This document shows positions 14,761 through 29,614 of a stretch of DNA of 64,000 bases, piece after piece. This DNA comes from Octopus vulgaris (lineage: Eukaryota), in NCBI GenBank assembly GCA_951406725.2, contig OX597814.1:14074001-14138000 (forward strand), given 5' to 3'. The notes below the pieces were generated by a model. That model did no database searches. It was not told where the DNA came from and worked only from the letters and a program-made list of their open reading frames with translations. The translations under genes and the position numbers were made by a program. Every line of letters starts with the position of its first letter. Position 1 is the stretch's first letter.

Positions 14761-17548
14761 ATAAAAGTGTTTAATATCTAAATATTACTCGTCAGAAACA
14801 TCATAATTTTATTAACAATAATTCTTATCAGACATTCAGATATTTACATCCAATCTGCTCTTTTCAATATTATAACAGCTGTCTCCTTTCCCGCTGCTTA
14901 AACATAAAATTCATTGTCAGCCTAGAGATAAGTACTATTTCTGTTGAAATAGTATCAACTACATAATTTCAGCAACATAGTCTAATAAATGGTTTTGAAA
15001 ATACATAGTCTCTACTTCATTATGCATTAAATAGTTATCAGTTATTGCTTTAAAGTTGCTTTTACATTAGTGCCACGAAGCTTTCACAATGGAAGAACAT
15101 GATTTACTTAAAATTAATTTGATATTTCAATATGTTTTTACATCTTATTTGTAAACATTTCACTAGGATTTAAAAGCTATGTCAGCCATACTTTATTTTA
15201 ATGGGTATGTTTTTGTGCATTATGAATATTTATGGATAGGTACACGCACAAATACACATACATATACACACAAACACGTAGTCGAACGCAATTATAAACT
15301 TGTGTATCATGTTTGCTGCAGTTTGTTTTCAAATATATACACAGCACAAATAGAACAACGGCATGCAGTGTGAAGAGTATACTTCAGTATCATAAAAAAA
15401 TATACTGCATGATTTGTAGTGTAAAATGAATGAGCATGTTTTGCAATGCCTTGAAGTTGTTATGTCTGGTACTACATAACGGAAACTAGGGTCGATATTG
15501 TGATTCATCGCAAATCGAGAAATTGAAAAAAAATCCATGTAAAACTAAAATAATATTATCTCTGCCATCTTACGTAATATCCCTAAGCTACGTCATTCTT
15601 TTCATTGATTTTTCTTATTACCATTATTCGTTTATGCATTATTATATTAAATGTACTTTGTCCAATTCATTTATATATCTAACCGCTAGAAGTGATATTG
15701 GTTTTTATTTGGCATTTATGTTAGAATGTGAAACTTTCTATCTATTAGGTAGGGAGAATTTTAAAGTTAGTTAATCAAAATTGCTTAGCTAATGTCTCCC
15801 CGGTTATGTATATTTAGTAGAGAAAGAGTGGAAAAATTTTAAATTATCTATTATCAATATATAATACATTGATTGTTTTGATGCTATTGAGTGAGATTGT
15901 TTTGCTAACAAGTTAAAAGTATTTATTCATATCAATTAACATGAAGGAAATGTCTTATGCACTTGGATTAGACGCCTCTAGCCTTTCAATTAGAGAATGG
16001 ACCGGGCGAGTGTAAGCAGACGTATATTAAATCAGACCATAATAAAATATCAGAAGTGAAGATAATTCGATACATGTTTTTTATTTGGGAGGAAAATTTT
16101 TTTTTAAAGTATTATTTCGGTAATATTTGTTTATATATATTTGGCCTGACATGAAGTAAAGATTTTAGTAAAGCGAAATAAGGCCAAAAATCTTTGAGGG
16201 TGCCACATCTAGAGTAGAATATATATACAGTGTGGATATGGGCTAAGAAGTATACCATTAACCGTCAATGAGTACGCCTATCGATAAGTACATTGCGGTC
16301 GTGATATTTCTCTATTTTCCCGAAGCCTATTTCAACTAAAGCAACAATATGAAGTAGGATCTCTGTTTGCTAAATAAAATTGTATAGGGCCACTTCATAA
16401 AAGCTCGTTGCGTGTAGATTGCTGAAGTATGGTACGGTGGGCTATTTGATGAGGAATGGCTAACCAAGTACCTAGTAATTATCAGTTGAAATATATCAAT
16501 CAATATATAAATTGATTGCTTAAATATCCTAATTAGAATTTTCTTTATTTGTGGTGTAAAGAATTTTAGTTGTAATTATTCATTTGATTTCTCTTGTTTA
16601 TATCGTAACTGCAAAGACTGACGAAGAATCTATTCAAAAATAATAATATGAATGTTACTGTGCTTAATGTCTTTTGCAAAAGAGAAAACACAGGTCAATT
16701 TGATTCGAAGATATAACAATTGTTTTGCTACTGATAAATGATAAGTTTAAAATTAGGCAAGAAAGGCAGGAAAGTGTGCCTAGAGTATACCTGTTAGTGT
16801 GTACTTCTAATTCATACAAAGTAACTAAAATAGTTATATACCTACAGATGTCTCTTTCGTGTATGTTCGTGCGTTACCTTTAGAAATGCAGAAAAAATAT
16901 ATGTAACATCAGCATTCACTTTTGTCGCCCTGACAAACACGTGTGAACGTGTGCGTGTGGCTAAGATTTTGAATCTATATTTTATATTTCTGACTGATGA
17001 GATTGTAGCTAAATATTCGATACTGAATTTTGTTAAGGGAATCATCATACACAGGAAGTGGATAAAATACTTCTGCTCGTCTTTACAACACATAAATGGT
17101 ACAGAGTGAATAATGCACAAAATCACACACACACACACACAAATACACACACACACATGCACGCACGCACACAAATACACCACACACACACATGTATGTA
17201 TGCAATTATGTGCGTTGACTGCAGCATCAGAGCGCTTTAGCTCTTATTTCTATCTATATGTGTGTGTGTGCGATTTTGATAATGACAGAAACTCTCGTAT
17301 GGTTTTGCGGTGCAAATATAAGAACTTCTTGATACATCGGTAGCGGGAGACAATCACTGCAGCTTGGGCTGCTAGGACTACTAGGTCACATGATTTCGGC
17401 TTCTTTGGCCTTGTCAATTATTGGTATCTGACTGCTGGAAATAACAGTATTCTCACGTTAAAATTGGCAGTATTTTGTGTCCCGACACAACGTCCAATTT
17501 AAGTGATGATACATTTTTACCTGATATATATATATATATATATACATA

Positions 17549-18114
17549 TATGGGAAAGTTTCAGAAGTATGGAGCTTGGGTTCCGCATGCTTTAAGTGAC
17601 AACAAGGGCGCGTGAAATAAGATCTTCATCCGTGTAAAACGATGTTGAGCGTATGGTGGGACTGGGAAGGGATTATCTAGCGAAACTCTATGTTCTAGAC
17701 TCAACACGTCTATTCAAGAGAAAAGACCCAATCGCCAGCATGGAGTTCTGCTGCACGACAACGCCCGCCCTCATATCGCTAATATGACCAAGGAAGCCAT
17801 TCAAACGCATGGCTGGGAAGTGCTGCCATATCCGCTGTACTCTCCTGATTTGGCTCCAACAGATTTCCACCTCTTCCGATTTCTTTGAAATGCTATGCGC
17901 AGAGTTTCGTTCAATATTGATGCAGAAATGAGAGCTTCGTTGGATCAATTTTTCGAGTCGAAATCGGGTGATTTCTACCAACGAGGTATTGAACGTTGAA
18001 CGTTGAACGTTGGGAAGTTGTACATTATTGATCAATTAGTTGTTATTTTCTATTTATCCTTTAAAAATTCTTAAATGAAAACAAAAACGGCGGGAACTTA
18101 GTTACAAACTTAAT
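17549..18114 (+). mobile_element. Mariner transposon 3' fragment with right TIR
   Basis: WVPHALS, LHDNARPH, HPLYSPDLAPTDFHLF. The TIR aaacggcgggaacttagttacaaacttaaTA places it in the same family as 22624-23859. Confidence 0.9.
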
Positions 18115-18599
18115 ATATATATATGTCTGTGTATCACTATCTATGTGTGTGTATATGTAAGTATGTATATATATATGTATGTGTGCGTGTGTGTGTCTGT
18201 GGGGGGGTGCGCGCCTATAGACAACTGGTTATATTTAGGCGTGATACATTTACGTACACATTTGCAAATACAAAGAAATTTGAAAAGCATGTAATTAGAC
18301 TTCTCACACATGCTTTTGTTTCTCTGCTTATTGAAATTCCATAGATACTCGAAAGAGTTCAATGTTGCTGCAGTCTTCGTGGACCCTCGCAGTTGGTAAC
18401 TATCCATATCACGCTTTCTTTGGCATTCTCCAAAAGTTTCAGCATGTAGTATGCAATGTATCGCATCGTTTTCTAACTTGAATTGCAAAAACAGTGGCGC
18501 TATGATTCTCTGATCATTACATAACAGAATATTCTTTTATTAAACATTTATTGTATTTATTAACAGCTCTTATGTCCCTCACGATAATATATACAAAAG

Positions 18600-19326
18600 T
18601 GACATTTACGTTATATATTGCGAATGGTCTTGTTAAGCAGTGCTAGTGTTAACACTTCTGTAAATAATGACATTTTATCAGTTCAAAGCTTATATCGATC
18701 ACCAAGCAATGACTTAGGAAATGGTCTAATAATGCGGTATATAAGCCCCACGACAGAAAAAAAGGTTTTCCCGTACGCGTGGTACTGCAACCCACACCTC
18801 TCTGTTTACGCGATCAGGTGTGCTACCGATTACACTAGCTAACCTTCTTGTTTTTTCTGTCAGATTTAAGAACTATGATTATTTCGTAGTTATTTTTGTA
18901 AACAAAATATCATGTGCTTTTACTGCGAATGGTTTTGTTAAGCAGTACTAATTTTTACAATTCTGTAAAATTAAACCCCTAAAGGAGGGGTAAAACCTAC
19001 TTTTTTCTGTTGAGAGCTTATATGCCCTATTATTAGAATATTTTCCTTAGTCATTGCACGGTAAACACTATAAGCTTTAAGCTTATAAAATACTATTCAT
19101 TATCATTATTTTTTACAGAATTGTAAGAATCGGCACTGCTTAATAAAGTCATTCGCAGTAAAAACACATGATATTTTGTTTATCGAAACTACTACGAACT
19201 ACTTATTGTTCTGAAATCTGAGAGAAAAAAGCAGGTAGATTCGCTACTGCAATCGCTATGACACTCGGTTGCGTAAACAAAGAGGTGTGGATTCGAGTCC
19301 CATGCGTACCGGAAAACTTATTTTTC
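18600..19326. repeat. Inverted pair of ~300-330-bp circularly permuted units carrying a tRNA-like segment
   Basis: 18757-18970 is the reverse complement of 19110-19326, and 18615-18770 matches the reverse complement of 18995-19160. The tRNA-like segment at 19233-19312 has a B box, ggattcgagtccc. Confidence 0.75.
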
Positions 19327-19346
19327 CTAGCCATTGCGCGTTGATC

Positions 19347-19401
<55 letters not shown>

Positions 19402-19403
<2 letters not shown>

Positions 19404-19623
19404 TCTTTAGTCTTTACTTGTTTCAGTCATTTGACTGCGGCCATGCTGAAGCACCGCCTTTAGTCGAGCAAATCGACCCCGGGACTTATTCTTTGTAAGC
19501 CCACTACTTATTCTATCGGTCTCTTTTGCCGAACCGCTAAGTGACGGGGACGTAAACACACCAGCATCGGTTGTCAAGCAATGCTAGGGGGACAAACACA
19601 AACACATAAATACACACACACAT

Positions 19624-19666
<43 letters not shown>

Positions 19667-19855
19667 CGACATATATATATATATATATATACGACAGGCT
19701 TCTTTCAGTTTCCGTCTACCAAATCCACTCACAAGGCATTGGTCGGCCCGGGGCTATAGTAGAAGACACTTGCCCAAGATGCCACTTAGTGGAACTGAAC
19801 CCAGAACCATGTGGTTCGTAAGCAAGCTACTTACCAAACAGACACTCCTGCGCCT
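19402..19855 (-). mobile_element. tRNA-derived SINE family A with internal CA/TA microsatellite, full length
   Basis: Minus-strand head aggcgcaggagtg..tggtaagtagcttgc...gggttcagttcc; CORE-like cttgggcaagtg; tail tgactgaaacaagtaaag. Confidence 0.92.
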
Positions 19856-21787
19856 ATATATATATATTTGTAAATATGCTTGTGTGTATAAATATCTGTG
19901 TCAAGGGATGTGAGCATGCATTTATTTACACGAGCTTCAAGTGAGCATGTATTGAAAGATAATTATTGTTGTTCAATGTATCCAGCAGAATTACTATATG
20001 TTTTTGGACAGTTAGAATATGTTGGCGTGCAAATCGAATGTGTATTTAGCTCTATAGCTACACGCTGTTCTTTTTCTTTTATAAACATTTTCAAATCGCA
20101 ACAAACCCACGACGTAGAAATGCAAGGTAATTTATTTTTGTGTATAATTATTTCTGTCATTTGGAAAGTGTTTATTTCATATGCTGCTAATTCTGAATAA
20201 CTTTATTGACAAATTTTAGCAAGTTATTTCAATATGAAAAGGAAATTATCAAGAGTTTCATTAAGTTTTGCTGCATGATGTACGAGAATTAACACTTCAC
20301 ACTTAGGTAAAATAAAATACACATTATTTTTTTAAATTTCTCTCATAACATTTTTGAACAGCTGAATAGAAATATTTTTGATAAATAATTAATATATTTA
20401 AATGGTATTTTTTTTTAATATGCATGTCCATTTGGTTGTTTTTCTTTCCTTTTAATTGGTAATTTTCTCCTATCTCAAATTTTCTTTTACGTCATTAAGG
20501 TTTCTTCCTTTTTGCTGGCTTTTCTTTGATATAATTATCTTCAGAAATAACAGTATATAGTTATACAATATTCATCAAAAAGAAAGAAATAATTTTCACC
20601 TCTTAATGGATGAAATATTTTCTCGTGATATAGTGCCAGCCTTATAAACCTGACAACAGCAAGCGGAAATAAGGGATTTTTCTTTACCATTTACTCTAAA
20701 TAGTATCATTTATGGAAATCAATAAGATCGTTAGTGAGAAGAAACGAATATACCTAGAATGAGATTTATATTCAACGGATATCTGAAGGGATAAACGACA
20801 AAATTTTATACCTAGATAAAATGTTTTGAAGTTACCGCAACGAAAGAATTGTTATTTATAGTTTTTCTTTTTAGATTTGTCGACCAAAATTCTAGCTGTC
20901 GAAATATAACGTTCATAATAGAAAATGATGTTTGAACCTGTACGATGTTTATAATCTGGTTCATTTAATCCTTAGTTAATCCAAGATTTTATAAGCCGTC
21001 TTTCAGTCATATTATAGAAACATTGCAGTATAACATTAAGGGAACAATTGTAGTTTATTTTGAAAATGTTAGCATGGTGATTAGAAACTCATTTGGAATA
21101 TGAAGAGACATTTTTGTAAAGGTTCTCAATGCTCTCATAAAGTCAATTTACTCAATTCCTATTTCAAATGTGACAAATCTTTAAAACTCATAATTATTCT
21201 GCCAAAATAAGCACGACTTTTACACGTAGTTATATTATTGATATTTTTCTATCTTGAGGCAATTAATATTTGTATCTTAATGAAAATGCATGATACATTA
21301 ATTAAATTCAAAGTGAATATCAAAATTGTACACAAATATTCTATTTGCATCTGACGGGTTGAATTACAGACATTACTGACGTCATTTTCGCAAAGTTTTG
21401 CTAACACTGTTTTTAACATGCTTAACACAACAATTTAGACGGTGATACTGTAGAATTCTCTACTATTCATTGTATTGAGTAAAAGCTGTGAACTTGGATG
21501 AAAAAAACGTTAAAAGTGGTTCCTCAATTTCTTTCTACAGCCCAGCTCAGGGTCTTGCAACAAAAGCAGAAAGGGGTTGCGTACAGTATACGTAGCTGAT
21601 GTTTTATTTAACCGACCGGAAAAAGTCAAAACTAATATCTTTCGAAATAACACTTGATAGAAAAAGAGCAAACAGAAATATAGCAAACTATTTTCTCTAC
21701 CAATTTAATGTTACTATAGTGAATTTGCTCGGAACTTCAAATATTATAGATCAAATGAATGAAACGTACGATCCGGCAGTACATAAT

Positions 21788-21980
21788 GGTTTCAAATTTT
21801 GACGCAAGGACAGCAAGAGAGTCAATCGATTACATCGACCCCAGTACTAAACTAGCACTTGTTTTATCGTCTCCGAAATGCAAAGCTGACCTCAGCAGCA
21901 TTTGAACTTAGAACGTAATGGTGAATCAAATCCCGCTAAGTATTTTGTCTGCCTCGTACAGATACTGACAGGTCGCACCC
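21788..21980 (-). mobile_element. Diverged SINE family D copy
   Basis: tcgattacatcgaccccagtac...gacctc.gc.g.atttgaactta.aacgta is homologous to the reverse complement of 41700-41850. Confidence 0.7.
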
Positions 21981-22623
21981 TGTTAACTGTAAATAATCGT
22001 TTAAATTTTGGCACAAGGCCACCTATATTAACGTGTATATTAACGGTCAACAAATCTGTACGATTTCGTCGATGAGGACACCAGTTGTTCAAATCAAGGA
22101 ACTGCTTTCTCGTTAACGTATGATCTATATAGATGGTTATTCCAAACACTGTAATAACCTAAAACTTATCATGCCTCGGAATCAGCGTGATATACACTGT
22201 GATAAGTCTAGATATCTATATCAATGACAGAGATTATGAGACGGATGTCATGATTTTCTTTCTTTACATTTTCCTTCACAAGCTTGTTTCGCAGTTAGTG
22301 TTTGGTATCAATACACCATGCAACGAAATTAAACACTGTAACGTGCTGACGTGATGCAACATTCTAATCGAGATTCGGCCAGTGTAGTAGCAACGATTAA
22401 GAATAAATTCTGCGTAATCAATAGAGTATTACTAGCGGATATTTTTAAGATTAAGTTATAGCCTTAAAATTAATAATTTAGTGTTTGTAACAAAATTTTC
22501 CTAGGGCAAAAAAGAACAACCATAATATGAAATCTGAAATTGATTATCAGAAACGCTTGAAGACTGCTTGCGTTACGAAGGATACTTATTAATGAAGTCT
22601 AATAGAACATTGTTGCCTAGATA

Positions 22624-23859
22624 CATTTGCTTGGAAACTAAGTTCCCACCGTTTTTTAAATTTAAACTTTTTAAAAGGTTTCATAAAAAGCCCCAGCAAA
22701 TTAATCAATAATGTATTCACCCTTGTTGTTTACAACTTCTTTCCAACGTTCAACAATATTTTCAATACCTCGTTGGTAGAAATCACACGATGTCGACTCG
22801 AAACATTGATCCAACCAAGTTCTCAATTATGTATCATTATTGTACGAAACTCCGCGCATTGAATTTGAGAGAGATTCGAAAGAGGTGGGAATCCGTAGGT
22901 GCCAAATCAGGTAAGTACGGCGGGTGTGGCAGCACTTCCCACCCATGCGCTTGAATGGCTTCCTTGGTCATGCGTTGTCGTGCAGCAGAAGAACTCCATG
23001 CTGACGATTAGGTATTTTCTCTTGAATAGCCATGTTGAGTCGTTCCATCTGTTGAACGTAGAGTTCCGCGTTGACTGTTTGGTTCCGTTCAAGCAATTTC
23101 TAATGGATAATCCCTTCCCAGTTCTACCATAGGCACAACATCGTTTTCCGCGGATGTAGATATTGTTTCACGCGTGGTGTCGCTTGTTTACCGGGGCTAA
23201 GCCATTCCTTACGCTGCTTCATATTGATGAACAGGCACAAATTTTTTGTCGCCAGTAACCATTCGGTAAAGAAATCGTTGCTTGTGTCCATGAGTTGAGC
23301 AGTGACCAGCAAGCACAGCAGCGGAGATCGTGGCTCGTTGATTTTTGTTGTTGTCACTTAAAGAATGCGGAACCCAAGCTCCATATTTCTGAATATTTCC
23401 CATCAAATGAAGATGCTTCTCTATAGCAGTGTGGGAGCATTCCATTTTCTCTGCCAGTTCTCTTGTCGTTTGACGAGAGTCTTTGTGCAAAAGTCGAACT
23501 CAACTGGACGGCCAGAACGAGGTGCATTTTTGAGGTCAAAATTTTCATTTTTGAACTTGGCATACCAATCACGCACCCTATCCATACACATCACAAACGT
23601 CGCGAGCGGCTTTTGCGGCTTTAGAACCTTGATTAAAAGCAAAAAGAAAGAGTGTCGAAAATGCTCGTTTTTCTTAACTTGATATTGTATTTTAATAATA
23701 TGAAAATATGCAAAAATTAAATAAAATTAGCTAGAAAAAAAAAAGATTCCAAAATGATTCTAAAATAGAATTGTCGAAAAACATAGATTCCAAAATTTAA
23801 AAACGTAATAAATTCAAACATTTTTTTTAAATGGCGGGAATTTAGTTGCCAACCCAATA
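22624..23859 (-). mobile_element. Near full-length mariner transposon (~1.24 kb), frameshifted
   Basis: TIRs catttgcttggaaactaagttcccaccgttt and aaatggcgggaatttagttgccaacccaaTA. Fragments VRDWYAKFKNENFDLKNAPRSGRP, TTRELAEKMECSHTAIEKHLHLMG..KYGAWVPHSL, RMVTGDKK, LHDNA, YLPDLAPTD. Confidence 0.92.
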
Positions 23860-24399
23860 GTTTTGTGCAGACATATTCACATTAATGTTTGTTCAAATAT
23901 ATGCAATAAAAGTAGACATTTTACGAAAATATCAATTTATGATGGAATTATGGACATGAAAACACAGAAATGAAACAATGAAAATCACATTCACAGACAT
24001 AGGAAAAGACGAAAATATATTCCTAGTAAGAATGGCAGACGTAACATGTTAAATTTTAATCAAAACATAACAGAAACCTGAATATCAAAATATGAAATGT
24101 ACAACATGAATATTTCAAATACAGTCATTCTAAAGAGAATCAGAATAAAATCATAGAAGAATGGTAAGCGAGCTTGGAATGACTTTGAGAAAGTCAGAAA
24201 CACTAAACTATATATTTTCATGTGCAGAAACATAGCGTAACACTGATAAGTACAGAAGGGTGTAATGTTGAGAACATAGAGCAATTTGAAATAGTTAACG
24301 GGACCGACTAACCAGTTGGCATGTAGAAAGTATTAAGTATTTTGCTCAAAACTTACTAATGCATTGAAAATTATCTGCTCAATGATAGATACATATTTT

Positions 24400-24854
24400 G
24401 CGGCTATGTAGTAAGAAGCTTACGTTCCAAATACATGGTTCAGCGATCAATTTCACTGCGTGGCACCATGGTCTAGCGTTTTCTATTATAGAATCGGACT
24501 GATCAAAGCCTTGTGAGTGAATTCGTTAGACGGAAACTGAAAGAAGCTCGTCGCATATTCATGTGTGTGTATGTGTGCATGTGTGTGTATGTGTGCATGT
24601 GTGTGTATGTGTGCATGTGTGCTTATGAGTGCATGCGTGTGTCTTTTTGCCTGTGTTTGTCCATTACCACCGTTTGATCACCAGTGCTGGTGTGTTTACG
24701 TCTCTGTAATTTAGCGGTTCGGCAAAAGACGCCGATAGAATAAGTACTAGGCTTAAAAGATAAATCCTGGGGTCAATTCCTTCGACTAAAATATTCCCCA
24801 AGACGATGCCCCAACATCTAATGTCTGAAACAAGTAAAAAGTAAACGATAAAAG
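24400..24854 (+). mobile_element. Diverged SINE family A copy
   Basis: gccttgtgagtg..gacggaaactgaaagaagc; tagcggttcggcaaaaga..ccgatagaataagtactaggctt; tctgaaacaagtaaaaag. Confidence 0.85.
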
Positions 24855-25507
24855 ATGCACATTTTTACATGTGCCTTGATGTGAAAAGAAAACAAATTAA
24901 AATCCTAGAGCACAAACCAATCGGTGCTAATGTTCCGAAGTCATATCATAATATGTGATAAGGATTATGCATAACTGGGTTTGCTAAGAAACGTATGCCG
25001 CTATCAGAAAATATAATTTTGTGGAATTTGACTATTTTGTTCTTTCGCTTCATTTGTAAGTGTGAAAAAAGTAAAAAGTAAACGATAAAAGTAAACGTGG
25101 GCTAAACACGCAAGACGTTTCATAAAATTTGTAGACGTGTAATGACGTTTAATGACGTTTAATGACTGTCAGAAGATAGTTTGGTTAAGCTCTCCCCATG
25201 AACTGCCTTTCACACTCCCGTGTGTACAAGTTGGAAGAACATGGAATATAAGGGACAGTGAAAATAAGAATATAAAATGAAAAATAAAAATAAAGAACCC
25301 GCTCATAATTGTAAATTAGGTCAGCCGTCATAACACAGAACTATCAGAAAATGCATTCAAATCGTGAGCTGCTCATGTACAAAGAATCTAGGATTACGTT
25401 ACCCAATGTCTTATTTTTATTTATGATGCCCGAAAATTTAAAATAAGTGGCAATTCGTTTTTTCCTGCATGGAAACGCTGTAAATTATGGGGATATTTCT
25501 GCTATTT

Positions 25508-25719
25508 TATATTTCTTTACTGCCCACAAGGGGCTACACACAGAGGGGACAAACAAGGACAGACAAGCGGATTGAGTCGATTTTATCGACTCCAGTGCAT
25601 ATCTGGTACTTATTTAATCGACCCTGAAAGGATGAAAGGCAAAGTCGACCTCAGCTGGTCGAAATACTGCTAAGTGTTTCGACCAGCATGCTAACGTTTC
25701 TGCCAGCTCGCCGCCTTAA
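25508..25719 (-). mobile_element. SINE family D (Meta/MESC-like), internally deleted, with 15-bp TSD
   Basis: Minus-strand head aaggcggcgagctggcagaaacgttagc. ATATTTCTGCTATTT occurs at 25493-25507 and 25720-25734. Confidence 0.9.
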
Positions 25720-26067
25720 ATATTTCTGCTATTTCTAACAGGTTCAGTTGCCACAAAGGTGCACCGTCATTTGATCAACTACACAAAAGTTTAGGCACGC
25801 ATTAGAGCAATAGTTTATCTTGCTTGCAGATGATTTACAAAATGCTCAAATATGTATACCAATTAGATACTCAGTCCAAATACAGAAGTTCAAACAAATC
25901 AATACTTAACTCACCATACAAATTTGTTCATGGTCTTATCCACATTCTTAGTCGATGGATAGCCGTATACCCAGGTGTGAAGTCACGTGTGATGCACTAA
26001 TAATCTGTCATTGATTTAATACCTAACCATTATTATTATTATTTGTAGCATGATTATAGGATCCCAT

Positions 26068-26260
26068 GCTGGCAGAATCGCTAGCACGCCGAATTAAAAA
26101 TTTGGTGACCTTTCGTCCGTTTTACGTTCTATGTTAAAATTCCGCTGAGGACAATTATCTCTTTATCGCTAAGGAGTCGATAAAATCAAAGCCAGTTCAA
26201 GTTTAGGGTCGATGTAATCGACTGATACAAACCTCTAAAATTTATAGTTAGTGCACAATA
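26068..26260 (+). mobile_element. Diverged SINE family D copy
   Basis: gctggcagaatcgctagcacgccg...tacgttct.tgtt.aaattccgc.gagg...gtcgatgtaatcgact. Confidence 0.7.
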
Positions 26261-26800
26261 TTGGTTATCATCTTTCTTTCCTTTTGTAGCATAGTTTAAC
26301 TACAGATGCAAGAAAGAATAGGAAACATCTGCCAATGTAACGGATATCAGTAAGGAAATATTCCTCACTCACTCCCTAAATATGTGTGTGAGTGTGTATG
26401 TATGTGTGTGTGCAAGTGTGTGTGTTTGCAAGTGTGTGTTTGTGCATGTGCACATATGTGTGTATGTTTCAGTCCGTGTGTCTGAGCGTGTGAATAATTT
26501 ATATATACACACACACACACACATACTCACAGATAGATAGATAGAGAGATAGACAGAGATGTTTATACGTATTATATGGTACTTATAAAACATTAGTGCA
26601 GCATATAACATACATTGTAATAAAGTACGTAGTTCTACATTGATGTAATTGCAGAATCAAATCGTACGCAAAAAACAATTGGCTTTTGTCTGCATAGGAA
26701 TTTTCTTTTCCCAAGACAACAACCAAAATCAACTCTTTTGATATCTAATGGAATTTTTTTTTAAATGAAACCCCATTTTCACTACTTAATTCCATTAAAG

Positions 26801-26876
<76 letters not shown>

Positions 26877-26976
26877 TGAACACAAGAATATGAAACAAAG
26901 TGAAAAAACTAGTGTTCGAATACCGGAGGTAGAGTAATATATGCTTTATTAATAAAACTGTAAAGTCATAACTAAA

Positions 26977-27011
26977 GCTGTTACTCAGAGTTTCACGTTT
27001 CCGTTCGTCTG
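26977..27011 (-). ncRNA. Degenerate minimal hammerhead-like motif
   Basis: Minus strand CAGACGA-acg[gaaa]cgt-GAA-ACTCtGAGT-A-acagc. There is one core substitution (U4A), and the 5' strand of helix I is lost. Confidence 0.5.
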
Positions 27012-27158
27012 ATTCTTTTGGTTGAAAATGGAACAAAATATGGTTATATGTATGAATATACGATTTCGTTAATAGATACACTTTTGAAAATGGTTTAGTC
27101 TCGTTGGTCCCGTGAATTAACGGTCATTTCAATAACCGGTTATCTGAAATTACAGCGA

Positions 27159-27475
27159 AGGCGCGTGGTCTAATGATTAGGTCATTCGGTTCACGATCAT
27201 AAGGTTGTAAGTTTAGTTCCCAGCAATGCGTTTTGTCCTTGATCAAGACACTTTATTTTACGTTGCTCCAGTTCACACAGCTGCCAAAAATGAGTAGTAC
27301 CTGTATTTCAAAGAGCCGGCATTGTCACATTCTGTGTCCCGCTGTATCTCCCTGAGAACTACGTTAAGGGTACACGTGTCTGTGGAGTGCTTAGTCACTT
27401 GCACGTTAACTTCACGAACAGGTTGTTCCGTTGATCGGATCAAATGAAACCCGCATCGTCGTAACCGACGGAGTG
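27159..27475 (+). mobile_element. tRNA-derived SINE (head C + tail 1)
   Basis: The head and centre match 7299-7631; the tail gtacctgtatttcaaag...gtaaccgacggagtg matches 12382-12565. Confidence 0.85.
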
Positions 27476-27854
27476 ACAGTAATACAAAATTACAATTACG
27501 ATTTAAAGTCATATTATAAAATCGAAGAAATCCTTAAATTAGGAATTAGTTTTATTTGAAGGAAAAAAAACCTCTATAGGCAAGGATAAATTAATTCATG
27601 GTAAGAAAAATAGATTAGAAAGAAATGTCTGTTTAAAATACAAACATTTACAAAGAACTAATATCATAAAAATATAAATTTAGTAATAGATATACAAACC
27701 CAAAAAACCTACATGAACACTAATCATAGAAACGTTGGTACATGGCTACATACAAACAAATACAAGCAAAATATAAATATATACGAATGTATATATAGGT
27801 ATCCACGTACGTAAATATACATATATGAACAGAATACTTCTCAGTGTGTATTTC

Positions 27855-28883
<1,029 letters not shown>

Positions 28884-29210
28884 ATATACATAAACATATA
28901 TTCACATCAAGGTACGTATCTACATGAAACGTATATACGCATACAAATATATTTTTAAATGACTAGAATATAAAATATGAAAATTCTACAATAAATTAAT
29001 ATGATTAAATGTAATATAATTATATACATTTTTAAGGAGTGTATAAATTTGAAATAACTGAAAATTTTAGTAAAATTGAGTAAAGACGAGTAAAAATTTA
29101 ACCTCCGTAAAATTTTTATTTATATCTGGATAACAGTCGAAGGATTTCTTAAAAGTTGAATGCAAAATAAGAAGGCCAAATATGTAGCAGCACTCTAATA
29201 CTTAAAGATG

Positions 29211-29614
29211 TACTCTTTTACTCTATTACTATTTTACTTGTTTCAGTCATTTGACTGCAGCCATGCTGGAGCACCGCCTTTAGTCGAGCAAATCGACCCC
29301 AGTACGTATTCTTTGTAAGCCTAGTACTTATTCTATCGGTCTCTTTTGCCGAACCGCTAAGTTACGGAAACGTAAACTCACCAGTATCAGTTGTCAAGCG
29401 ATGTTGGTGTGTGCGGGGGACAAACACAGACACAGAAACACACACACACGCGACGGGCTTCTTTCAATTTCCGTCTACCAAATCCACTCACAAGGCTTTG
29501 GTCGGCCCGAGGCTACAGTAGAAGACACTTGCCCAAAGTACCGCGCAATGGAAATGAACCCGGAATCAAGTGGTTCGTAAGCAAGTTACTTACCACACAG
29601 CCACTCCTGCGCCT
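29211..29614 (-). mobile_element. tRNA-derived SINE family A, full length
   Basis: High similarity to 19402-19855 and 35719-36134. Confidence 0.92.

Noticed and set aside
16402-16458. Possible plus-strand exon IAEVWYGGLFDEEWLTKYL
   Set aside because: Weak splice sites and no recognisable homology.
18345-18395. 51-nt AG/GT-bounded plus-strand exon candidate
   Set aside because: The acceptor is plausible, but I found no partner exons or recognisable peptide; such matches are expected by chance in 64 kb.
19233-19312. tRNA gene call (also considered for the SINE heads)
   Set aside because: The cloverleaf is incomplete and embedded in repeats; these are tRNA-derived segments, not tRNA genes.
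19581-19913. Recurrent ORF FRLPNPLTR.WSARGYSRRHLPK (also at 29391, 35907 and 50024)
   Set aside because: It is the antisense reading of SINE family A, not a protein family.
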